Positions 53,360-64,000 of a stretch of DNA of 64,000 nucleotides are shown here, in pieces. Position numbers and translations under genes: made by a program. Below the pieces are notes generated by a model that saw only the letters and a list, made by a program, of their open reading frames with translations, was not told where the DNA came from and searched no databases. Numbering within the stretch: position 1 is the stretch's first letter; the number at the start of each line of letters is the position of its first letter. The DNA lies in NCBI GenBank assembly GCA_964016885.1, contig OZ024743.1, positions 83,328,001 to 83,392,000 on the forward strand. Reading direction: 5' to 3'. Origin of the DNA: Eledone cirrhosa (lineage: Eukaryota).

Positions 53360-53630
53360 AACTTTGATAACTTTGATAGATTTCGGCCAGTATTGGCCCA
53401 GGCCATGTCTAATTTAATAGCACCACCTGGCGAAGTCTTACAAATCAGGGTTTGGGCACCATGGCCCACTCGAGCAGAGAGTTATTGTTTACGGAGGCAT
53501 ATCCGGATGTAGGAGGCTTATCCGGGATTTCTTGAAAGAATTTGTCCAAAGACTTCTTGAACTTGGTGGGGTCTGTTTCTGTTTTGATGTGTTTTGGTGT
53601 AATGTTAAAGAGAGCAGGGCCAATTGAGGT
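53360..53630 (-). mobile_element. CR1/L2-group LINE 3' end
   Basis: Reverse complement translates TSIGPALFNITPKHIKTETDPTKFKKSLDKFFQEIPDKP. Tandem tail (TATCAAAGT)n. Confidence 0.7.
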
Positions 53631-53719
53631 GTATATATAAGTATATATATAATTAGGAAATAAGTTAAATTATTTGGAGTCAGGCTTCCAAATCATAAAA
53701 TTTATTTCCTAGTTATATT

Positions 53720-53769
<50 letters not shown>

Positions 53770-53771
<2 letters not shown>

Positions 53772-54169
53772 AGGGATAACAAAATATCGTTATAGGTAAT
53801 CCAGTTAGAGGTTGTGAATACTTATTATTATGGATAGTTTTAGCGTACGACGTTGTTTGACCCAACAGAAGGTTTACGTAGATGACGAGTTTATGATTTC
53901 ACTTGTATTCCTATGTAAGTTTATCTTGGAGTAATAAAATTGAAAAAGTGGAGAATAACATGGTCAAGAGTACAAAAAAGGGGATTTATTTACAGTCTAA
54001 CAATTGTTTCACTGATAAAGATGTCTAAAAATTGCTGAACACTAGAAGCAGTGCCACTCAATTTTAAATACGATGTTAGCTCGATCAGATCTGCGGAAAC
54101 TGTTATAAAAAATATATATAACCGGCAAATTTACAAATTCAAATTACATCATCAATAATAATATTAATA

Positions 54170-54248
<79 letters not shown>

Positions 54249-54434
54249 AACCAGTAAGACCCCGACGGCTGAGCTCAAGCCGTTTCGACGGCTAATTCTC
54301 TCAGAATTAGCCGTCGAAACGGCTTGAGCTCAGCCGTCGGGGTCTTACTGGTTCCTATTACCCACTCTACTACCCCAAGTATTGAGTACTTTGGTGCGTT
54401 ATGGTCCACCTGGTTCCTTACCACATTTCCTTCG

Positions 54435-54478
<44 letters not shown>

Positions 54479-54728
54479 CAAAGAGGGTGTGGTAAGATGA
54501 TTTGATTAAGCAAACATTGTATTTAAAATTGAGTGACACAACTTCAAGTGATTAGCAATTTTTAGACAACTTAATCAATGAAACAATTGTTAATACTGTA
54601 AATAAAACCCTTTTTGTACTGTTGACCATGTTATTCTCCACACTTTCACTATTATTACTCCAAGATTAACCTGCATAGGAATTCCTGAGAACTCGCAACT
54701 GGATTACCTATAACGATAAATTGTTATC

Positions 54729-54730
<2 letters not shown>
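53770..54730. repeat. Diverged inverted pair of pLTR-like repeats (53770-54090 vs 54490-54730)
   Basis: For example gggataacaaaatatcgttataggtaatccagtt vs aactggattacctataacgataaattgttatccc. Both carry GAAACAATTGTT. Confidence 0.7.
54244..54358. repeat. Perfect hairpin with 56-bp arms centred on a hammerhead stem II
   Basis: 54244-54299 is the exact reverse complement of 54303-54358. Loop CTC. Confidence 0.95.
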
Positions 54731-54789
<59 letters not shown>

Positions 54790-54840
54790 AGCTTCTACAG
54801 GACTAGAACTGTTTCATTCGTGAGAAATCATCAGGAAGCT
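54790..54840 (-). ncRNA. Type I hammerhead ribozyme
   Basis: Reverse complement: agcttc-CTGATGA-t-ttc[tcac]gaa-t-GAAA-cag[ttctagtc]ctG-TA-gaagct. Confidence 0.82.
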
Positions 54841-54904
54841 GACTGTCCAAGTAAATATGGTGGTATTTATATCTTTTCTGGTGGTAGGAGAGGGTGGGGG
54901 TTGG

Positions 54905-55215
54905 GATGGGTGGAGGTCATTGGTTGATGGGTTTAAAGAAAAGGGAATTCTTTAAAAGCTAATTCTTTAAAGTTATAATTTATATTTAGAGTGACACAAA
55001 GGCAGAAAGAAGTTCAGATTGGAATACCACTCCTTATTTTAAAGTTTCTTTTAAGCTAACAATGCCTATATTTCAGGTATCTACATGATGGGTGGAGGTA
55101 ATTGGTTGATGAGTTTAAAGAAAGGGGAATTTCTTTAAAAGCTAATTCTTAAAGCTGTATTTAGAGTGACAAAGGCAGAAAGAATTCTATAAACAGATTC
55201 AGATTTGGGGTGCCT
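54905..55215. repeat. ~180-bp direct duplication
   Basis: gatgggtggagg..attggttgatg.gtttaaagaaa...agagtgaca...ggcagaaagaa at ~54905 and ~55087. Confidence 0.8.
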
Positions 55216-55326
55216 CTCCAGAGGTTAAGTTTCTCTACATATACATATACAAACACACATACACATCGCTGCTATGTATTGAGTACCTTACTTACTGTGG
55301 TTATCCCCGATTGAACCCGGAATAAC

Positions 55327-55381
<55 letters not shown>

Positions 55382-55424
55382 CCTTATCGAGCCCTCTTCG
55401 GATTTTAGTCTTCACACATATTAA

Positions 55425-55475
<51 letters not shown>

Positions 55476-55651
55476 TGTATGTGTGTGTGTGTGTATATAT
55501 TCACAGATACACATATACACACACATATTTAGAAATCCTTTCTATTTAGCGGGATACAGTAATGCTGTATTCGTTTCTTTCAAGTTTCCGGTTATAATTT
55601 CATTCAACAACACCAAAAAATCTCTCTCTCCCCTTCTCTCTCTCTTCCATT

Positions 55652-55716
<65 letters not shown>

Positions 55717-55751
55717 CTTCTGTCTCTCTCTTCCATTTTCGTTCTCTGTCT

Positions 55752-55795
<44 letters not shown>

Positions 55796-56153
55796 GTCTA
55801 TGTCTCTCTTTCAATCTACTCCCTGACTACCACTACTATCTCTTTCTTTCTGTCCTTCTCTCTCTCTATGTATGAAGGTACTCGGGAAAACCCCGTATCT
55901 CGTGAACCCGTGGTCCGATTTATGCGAAACTTGTTTTATTCCATTTGTATTCCCATTTCAGGGTCAACTTCCTTTGAAAGTATTTCCCCATTAGGCACCC
56001 TTTTGGCTGTATTACATTACAGAAAGCAAGCAAGCAATCACAAACTTTTAGAAATAGACAGATAGATATATTAGAAAGATAGATATATTAGAAAGACAGA
56101 TAGATATATTAGAAAAAACGAGGAAGTTTACATATATATGTATGTGTATATGC

Positions 56154-56188
<35 letters not shown>

Positions 56189-56690
56189 TATATGTGTGTA
56201 TGTATATATATATATATATAAGCATCAGAGACACTAGACTTTATTTAATAGAATTCGTATAAAAATGTTAAGTTCGTATGTCGCGATAAGACTTGATATA
56301 TCACCGTTAACGTCCACTCACAACACACATTTCCACACAAACAAACTTATCTATTTAAGAAAATTTTATAATTTCCTGCGGCTGTACATAAACTGAAATT
56401 AATTGTCCAATTTCTGGGCTTTTATTTATTATATATATTTTTTGTCGCCATACTGGTAACCATGTCTGGCTTACTAGGACTCTAACTTGTTTGTTTCATC
56501 GTTATTCCATAGACATTACGTAATTTTGTTATTTATTTATATTCATCGTTCAATATGAAACACGAAATAAACGTCGTCAACTTTGATTGAATACAGATTC
56601 GCAAGAAAGATTTGATGTTATTCTAGAGACTTATTACAACAAACTTCTTCATTTATTTTGGATAAAAATCCATTATTTTAATTACACACG

Positions 56691-56756
<66 letters not shown>

Positions 56757-56868
56757 CGCATATATATATATATATATATATATATGCATATATATAAATA
56801 TGCGTGTGTGGATATATGTATATCTATCTATATATATCTATAAATATATATCAAATTAAAAGATATAT

Positions 56869-56932
<64 letters not shown>

Positions 56933-57036
56933 ATGAGCCACATATCATTAGAGAAACGCATAGTATATGTTTTCTCTAACGATCTATGCACACACACACT
57001 CACACGCACACAAACACAACACACACACACACTCAT

Positions 57037-57073
<37 letters not shown>

Positions 57074-57185
57074 CATTCATATAGCTTTTAATTTGAATTA
57101 TTGATGCCCTGGACAAATGTCCATTGATCTTTTCTGCTAAGAAACATAATCGTCATACATATATGTTATGATACCTTAACTGGGT

Positions 57186-57237
<52 letters not shown>

Positions 57238-57243
<6 letters not shown>

Positions 57244-57570
57244 ATACTTGGGGAGGGTCATATTGTTGTAATAATATTGCCAGAATTAATAACAGAACAC
57301 ACTCACTGTTTGGTTGGTTTTCGCTTCTGTATCTTTTATATAAGTTAATTCATTCAGTCCTCAATGTTTACCATTGACTGACCAACGGTCAAAAATACAG
57401 ATATAATATAGACACAAACACATATATATAGTCTAACAAAGTTATTTCGTTGCAGCATCCTCAGTGCTGCTATTATGTTCCTCCTGTTGTATTGTATATC
57501 TACGCCATCTTCTGTTATTAATTCTGGCAATATTATTACAACAATATGACCCTCCCCAAGTATAACAATA
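57238..57570. repeat. 60-bp inverted repeat (57238-57297 / 57510-57570) of a pLTR-like family (homolog ~31475-31550)
   Basis: ttgttatacttggggagggtcatattg... and ...caatatgaccctccccaagtataacaa. Confidence 0.8.
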
Positions 57571-57672
57571 TTTGTTTCGACACACGATTTCATATCAAAA
57601 ACGTCGCAAAACAAACAAATATATATATATATACCAAGTTAATCTATCTTAACATGTATATGTTAAGGTATC

Positions 57673-57804
<132 letters not shown>

Positions 57805-57867
57805 AATATAACAAAAGTTATTTTAGAAAATATATATTTTCACTAACTCTGACAGTTGGCAGATGAA

Positions 57868-57918
57868 GAGCAAACTGATGAACGGTAATGACCCTGAAAC
57901 ATTAGTGTCTGTAGTTCT
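57868..57918 (+). ncRNA. Degenerate type I hammerhead
   Basis: CTGATGA-acggt[aatg]accct-GAAA-cattagtG-TC. Stem I is only partly paired. Confidence 0.55.
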
Positions 57919-58020
57919 ATTTACATGCCAACACAAGAGCAAGAATGAGAGGCTCATTCTACTTTGCATAATTGCAAACGAATCGAATATTATTATTAAT
58001 ATTCGAAAAACTCAGATAAC

Positions 58021-58054
<34 letters not shown>

Positions 58055-58103
58055 GGACACGAGGATATAGAGAGCGGTCACTGGAGATGTGTATTGAGGT
58101 AGC

Positions 58104-58185
58104 AAGGTAATATCCGTAGTGGTAGAGCACTCATCCCATGGGACGTCCCGGGGACTGAGTGCTCTACCACTACGGATATTACCTT
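58104..58185. repeat. Hairpin with 30-bp perfect arms
   Basis: aaggtaatatccgtagtggtagagcactca and tgagtgctctaccactacggatattacctt. Confidence 0.93.
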
Positions 58186-58204
58186 CCAGTGTTCTACCTC
58201 TCTT

Positions 58205-58322
<118 letters not shown>

Positions 58323-58380
58323 ACTATTGGAATTGAATAATCTAAACCGTAGCAGTATGTCGCATATCCAATCTCTCATA

Positions 58381-58447
58381 TATATTTTATCTGATGAAAA
58401 CGTACTTAAACACCATTGTACCTTTGAAATATGTATAATAAAATATA
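58381..58447 (+). ncRNA. Type I hammerhead in a Naiad-family pLTR fragment (58320-58590)
   Basis: tatattttat-CTGATGA-aaacgtac...gtaccttt-GAAA-tatgta-TA-ataaaatata. Confidence 0.82.
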
Positions 58448-58586
58448 TATTTTGATTATGGTAATATTTTTCATTTATTAACATTTTGAATAATATTAAA
58501 TACTCCAGAAAATCTTTTTGTCGAGTGCTTCTTATCTATTGTAAAATTGTATTCGTTGAATAATCAACGAACCATATAAACTTTGG

Positions 58587-58668
<82 letters not shown>

Positions 58669-59186
58669 AGTGTAATTTTCTACACAAAACGAAGGTTATA
58701 GAGAAAATTGAGGTTGGTAATGGCACATGGAATATATAAGAGACAGAATACTTTTTTGTGAAAAAACATAATTTTATAAGGTAAGGAAATAATAAAGGGT
58801 ATAAAAAATGACCGGTTTCGATGGGTCTGCAAAAGCCATCTTTTCAAATGTTGATTAATATTAAGAAAAATTAATAATACGAAGAGTTAAAATTTGAGAT
58901 TTGAAAATTCAAGTATAAAATTCATTGTGGGATTTCATAGCAGTTTTCATCTAGGTAGCAACAACAGGTTGACTGCTGTGTCCCTTTCTGGTAGTGAATG
59001 AGAAGTTATTTGGGGTGTGGGTTATTTTATAAAGGTCAGATTTAGCAATCGCCAACTGGCCAGCTGCTGGTCAGTGAGGGGGTGGAAGCAATATACATAC
59101 ACATATCTTCCTGTGGTGGGTAGGAGAGTGGAGCGTGATAGAAAGGGATTTAGTGCACTTACACCTATATATACACACATACCTTC

Positions 59187-60582
59187 TTGTCTCCTTTGAC
59201 GTAATAAACATCTACACAAACATACCTCACAACTATGGAATAACAGCAGTCCAATACTGGCTTAACACACACCCATCAGAAATACCGACACGCATCAACA
59301 CAGATTTTATCACTGACGGACTCCGCTTTATCCTACAAAATAACTACTTCACATTCAATGGTTCAACATACAGACAAGTATCAGGTACGGCAATGGGCAC
59401 GAAAGTAGCACCCACATATGCCAACCTAGTCATGGGATTCCATGAACAACAAATATACAGTCAGTCCCTTCTCTTATTTGGAGACTCTTTCCACACACAC
59501 CTCAAAGCCAATTGGAAAAGATATCTAGACGACTGCTTTATCCTATGGCAAGAAGACATGAACTCACTTACTACGTTTAAAAACATGATAAACAACATAG
59601 ATAATAACATACAATTCACAATGGAATCCAATCCTAAGGAATTAGCCTTCTTGGATATTCTCATCTCTGTAATAGACGGGAAATTAGATACAGATATATT
59701 CTATAAACCCACAGATTCCAAGCAATACCTCTTTTTCACATCAAGTCACCCAAAACATACAAAACTTAACATTCCTTACAATTTGGCCAAACGTATATGT
59801 ACCATAGTATCAGATCCACCTAAACGGGAGCAAAGACTAAAGGAACTAAAAGACACCCTTATCTTAAGAGCCTTTCCACTTGAAATAATCAACAATGGAA
59901 TAGACAGGGCAAAACACCTAAATCCCCATCAACTTAACAATCCAAAACAGAAAACCACACTCAACACCCTGCCATATGTATCCACTTTCAACCCCAGAAA
60001 TACCGAAATGTTTGATCACCTACACAAAAACCTCCCCATCCTACTTAAAGATGTAAAAATGAAGTCTATTCTTGAAACACACAAGATCCTTAAAAGTAAA
60101 AGACAACCCAAATCACTTAAACGCATTCTCACTGGACCAAATATACCCAAACCAATCCTCAACCCTACAGTTACCAAATGTGGTAGAACAAACTGTGGAA
60201 CGTGCCTCTACCTCACTGAAGGACAAACATTTACATTCAAAGATGGCCAAACATTTACAGTAAAAAACAATTTAACTTGCAACTCGGAGAACTTGATTTA
60301 CGCAATAACTTGCGGTGGGTGCAAACACAACTACGTAGGACAGACGGGCACCTCATTACGCAAAAGAATGACCATCCACCGCAACAAATCCAGGACGCTA
60401 ACACAAGAAAAATCCCCTTGAGCAGCCATATTGCGAACTGCGCAGGAATGACACTACCCAACTTTAAAATCTTCCCCTTCTACAAGTGCTCAGATTCGTT
60501 CACACAGCAACAAAGAATAAACAAAGAAAATCTATTCCTTAACAAATTTAAACCAAAACTAAACGGGTTATCACCCCAATAG
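59187..60582 (+). pseudogene. PLE reverse transcriptase/GIY-YIG endonuclease, 5'-truncated, frameshift near 60385
   Basis: LVSFDV..IYTNIP, QVSGTAMGTKVAPTYAN, RYLDD, AFLDI, YKPTD..YL..SSHP, KCGRTNCGTC, CNSENLIYAITCGGCKHNYVGQT..LRKRMTIH. The second frame ends KENLFLNKFKPKLN. Confidence 0.92.
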
Positions 60583-61207
60583 AATTGTCATAAAATATAA
60601 ACACACATACGCACGGAATCACTACTATTAAAGACCAGCGACCAATTCTGTAGAATCAGGTTTATTCGTTGACAGACCATGCCTTTGTGTGACCAACACA
60701 TCCATGTTAAACCCTGCACGTGCACACACATATATCTATATATATATATGCGCACACAGAATTCACCACTGTCGGTTGCGGGGCCCAATCTACATGAAGA
60801 ACTCAATGTGATCAGAATGATTTGTATTTTAATTTCACTGTCCCAACTTCTTATATTATGGAAAAAATATATGTGTCTGTATGTATATATATATATATAT
60901 TTGGAGGCCATTTCTCTGTGTGTGGGTGTATGTATGTGTATATATGTGTGTGTGTGTATGTGTGTGCATGTGGATATATGTATTGTGTGCGCGCGTGTGT
61001 GTGTGTATGTATGTGTGTATCTGGATGTATGCATATGTGTATATATATATATGCGTGTGTGCGTGTGTGTATATATATGTGTGTGTATGTGTATATATAT
61101 GTGTGTGTGTGTGTGTGTATGTTTGTATGTGTGTATGTATATATATGTGTGTGTGTGTGTGTGTATGTATGTGTGGGTGTGTGTGTGTGTATATATATAT
61201 ATATGTG

Positions 61208-61250
<43 letters not shown>

Positions 61251-61281
61251 GTGTATCTGGATGTATGTGTATGTATATATA

Positions 61282-61320
<39 letters not shown>

Positions 61321-61399
61321 GGGTGTATGTGTATATATATGTGTGTGTGTGTGTGTGTATGTGTGTATGTATATGTATGTGTGTGTGTATGTATGTGTG

Positions 61400-61436
<37 letters not shown>

Positions 61437-61784
61437 GTATATGTATGTGTGGATGAAGGTATGTGTGTATATATAGGTGTAAGTGCACTAAATCCCTTTC
61501 TATCACGCTCCACTCTCCTACCCACCACAGGAAGATATGTGTATGTATATTGCTTCCACCCCCTCACTGACCAGCAGCTGGCCAGTTGGCGATTGCTAAA
61601 TCTGACCTTTATAAAATAACCCACACCCCAAATAACTTCTCATTCACTACCAGAAAGGGACACAGCAGTCAACCTGTTGTTGCTACCTAGATGAAAACTG
61701 CTATGAAATCCCACAATGAATTTTATACTTGAATTTTCAAATCTCAAATTTTAACTCTTCGTATTATTAATTTTTCTTAATATT

Positions 61785-61840
61785 AATCAACATTTGAAAA
61801 GATGGCTTTTGCAGACCCATCGAAACCGGTCATTTTTTAT
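61785..61840 (+). ncRNA. Degenerate minimal hammerhead in the Neptune pLTR (mirror copy ~58801-58856, minus strand)
   Basis: TTGAAAA-gatgg[cttttgcagac]ccatc-GAAA-ccgG-TC. Palindromic stem III ACCGGT; the core is non-canonical. Confidence 0.5.
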
Positions 61841-61974
61841 ACCCTTTATTATTTCCTTACCTTATAAAATTATGTTTTTTCACAAAAAAGTATTCTGTCT
61901 CTTATATATTCCATGTGCCATTACCAACCTCAATTTTCTCTCTATATATATATATATACATATATATTTCGCCT

Positions 61975-62870
61975 TTTTTTTTCCTCATTGTCATCGGTTT
62001 CATCATGAAGAAGACAATGAGTGACCCTCGTTTTGGCATCAGTTGGGATGGAAGGAGATTAAGCGACCTGGACTTTGCCGATGACATCGCAGTGATAGGC
62101 CATTCCCGAGAAGACCTGCAAGAGATGACAAACGTTCTAAATGACAATGCAGAAAAAGTTGGCCTGCGCATCAGTTGTGAAAAAACCAAGACCATGTCGA
62201 CAGGTGACCCTCCAAATCCTCCCATCATGGTTGGTCAGCGTAACATTGACTGTGTAAACCACTTCCAATACCTTGGCAGCAACATCTCTGACGATGGGGG
62301 ATGCTGAGGTGGATGTGCGCACAAGGCTGGGAAAAGCAGCGGCGGTCTTCCAGCGACTCCGTCCGGTATGGTCCAAGTGTTCCATCGGCAACGCCGTCAA
62401 ACTCCGTGTTTACATGTCCATTGTAGTACCAACAGCGATATATGCCTGTAAGACATGGAAGAGTACGGAAAGTGTATGTAACAAGCTTGATGTATTCCAC
62501 CGTCGTTGCATTCGGACCATATTAAAAATTTCATGGAGAGACCAAGTTAGCAACGAGGAAGTGATGAGAAAGTCAGGATTGGAGAGGTTAAGGGACATTG
62601 TCCGGAAAAGGAGACGGCGGTTCGCGGGCCACATCCTTCGTTTGCCGGCAGATCGACCTGCTCATATTGCCATGGATTGGGTACCAGAAGGTGGCAGGAG
62701 AGAACGGGGAAGTCCAGGAAAAACATGGTGGAGCACATTCAGGGAGGACCTGCGGGAAATGGGAATTACCTGAAGCAGTGCTAGAAGGGCCGCCAGTGAC
62801 AGGATCAAGCGGAGGAAGCCCGTCGCTCAATGTTCTACAAGGGACTGGAGGAACTAAGACTAAGACTAAG
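61975..62870 (+). mobile_element. RTE LINE 3' part (RT C-terminus)
   Basis: LSDLDFADDIAV, KVGLRISCEKTK, FQYLGS, RRRRFAGHILR. (ACTAAG)n tail. Confidence 0.88.
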
Positions 62871-62889
62871 ATATATATATATATATAAG

Positions 62890-64000
62890 CAAAAAGGATA
62901 TTCAATTTGTTGGTAATTCAACAAATATGAATGATTATAACTGATTCAGAGCACTCGACAAGTTTTCTGGAGTATAATATTCAATTATATTAAATAAATG
63001 AAAACTATATTTATAAAACCATATTTATTCTATTATATATATTTCAAGGGTACAAAAACTTTGGTACGCTTTCATCAGATAAAATACAAAGTTTGTTTTA
63101 TAAATTTTGACATAACCAAGGAAAGATACCTTACCGGTTCAAGTTTTTCTTGGATAGTGAAGGGATAAGAGAAGAAAAGTTAGATATTTCAAATTATTAA
63201 GATGAGTATGCAAATGAGGTTGAGGTATAGGGCTGAAAAAAACGTTATTTTAGACGCTATGCAGAATTTAAATAATTAGAATATAGGTATGTATGCGTAG
63301 GATAAAGAAAACGGAAGAAGAGCTTGTATTTACGTTAATTTAAAAGGAATTAACAATTTGGGGGAATGGTGGAATATGATTCCAGAATTTAAATTTATTT
63401 AGCTATATTATGTGTTATAATATTTTATATATAATCAATTAGATTATATGAAGAATTAAGGTTGTAAGTATATTTTATCTTATGACATTACAATAGGTTA
63501 TAAGTGTATAAATATCTATATAGATTAATAAGTGTGCATGTATAAGTATTATAGAAATAGAATAACTAATTTGCAATTATTAGTTGTTTATATTTCTATT
63601 ATGAGTTACGAAGGAGTTGATTTTGCATTTTACATTAAAAAAACAGGTGATTCAAGTTGTAAGAGGAGAACAATTTGTAGATTCGAATATTTTGTTCCAG
63701 CATTGAAAATGTTTTCAGAATATTGTTAATTTAGTGAAGTTATATAGTTTATCGTACATATTATTATAATATCATGTTTATGTTTGCACAATTGAAAAGG
63801 GAAAGATAACTCCAATCTTGTTTGTTAACCGTTAAATTTGATGAATGATTTACTCAGAAAATATATAGAGAAAATTATATATTATTTTGTGTGAGATTAA
63901 TTATTTTAGTCGGAAGATGTGTAAAAGTTTGAAGATCAAAAGGAGAGGAAAAACGTAATGTGCATTTCGAAGAACTATCGTAAAGAGAATAAATTTTCAG
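62890..64000 (-). mobile_element. Naiad-family pLTR / 3' region with a hammerhead at 63026-63086
   Basis: Reverse complement: tattttat-CTGATGA-aagcgtac...gtaccctt-GAAA-tatata-TA-atagaata. The 62890-63000 segment is similar to 58450-58570 in reverse. Confidence 0.7.

Larger units (their letters stand above)
58665..61941 (+). mobile_element. Penelope-like element (Neptune-type), 5'-truncated, with an inverted 5' pseudo-LTR
   Basis: Inverted repeats 58700-59186 and 61455-61941. The ORF carries RT and Cys-linker/GIY-YIG motifs. (TA)n on both flanks. Confidence 0.92.

Noticed and set aside
57430-57470. CTGAGGA...GAAA on the minus strand (a similar motif is at 36527 on +)
   Set aside because: Stem I and the UH cleavage site do not form.

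Overview
AT-rich, microsatellite-dense eukaryotic genomic DNA. The repeat landscape looks like an octopus or other coleoid cephalopod (inference). There is one clear host gene: a spliced prostanoid (EP4-like) GPCR on the minus strand, with coding exons at 42662-42238, 41804-41378 and 40146-39538 (486 aa). The rest is mobile DNA and tandem repeats: a near full-length RTE LINE with an internal PHD-like finger, other RTE, CRE and CR1 fragments, two decayed Penelope-like elements (one Naiad-type, one Neptune-type with an inverted pseudo-LTR), more than 20 tRNA-derived SINEs, two hAT MITEs, a Helitron, a 987-bp TG...CA foldback element and two multi-kb minisatellite arrays. The most striking hidden signal is a dense set of type I hammerhead ribozymes. 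By eye I find 13 with a canonical CUGANGA...GAAA core, 3 with a CCGANGA variant core, and several degenerate or half copies, in about 8 sequence families. Many sit in short non-coding palindromic units embedded in (TA)n, with one ribozyme on each strand. Several foldbacks are centred on the ribozyme's own stem II. All structures were folded by eye and no database searches were run. Most entries in the ORF track are microsatellite artefacts.
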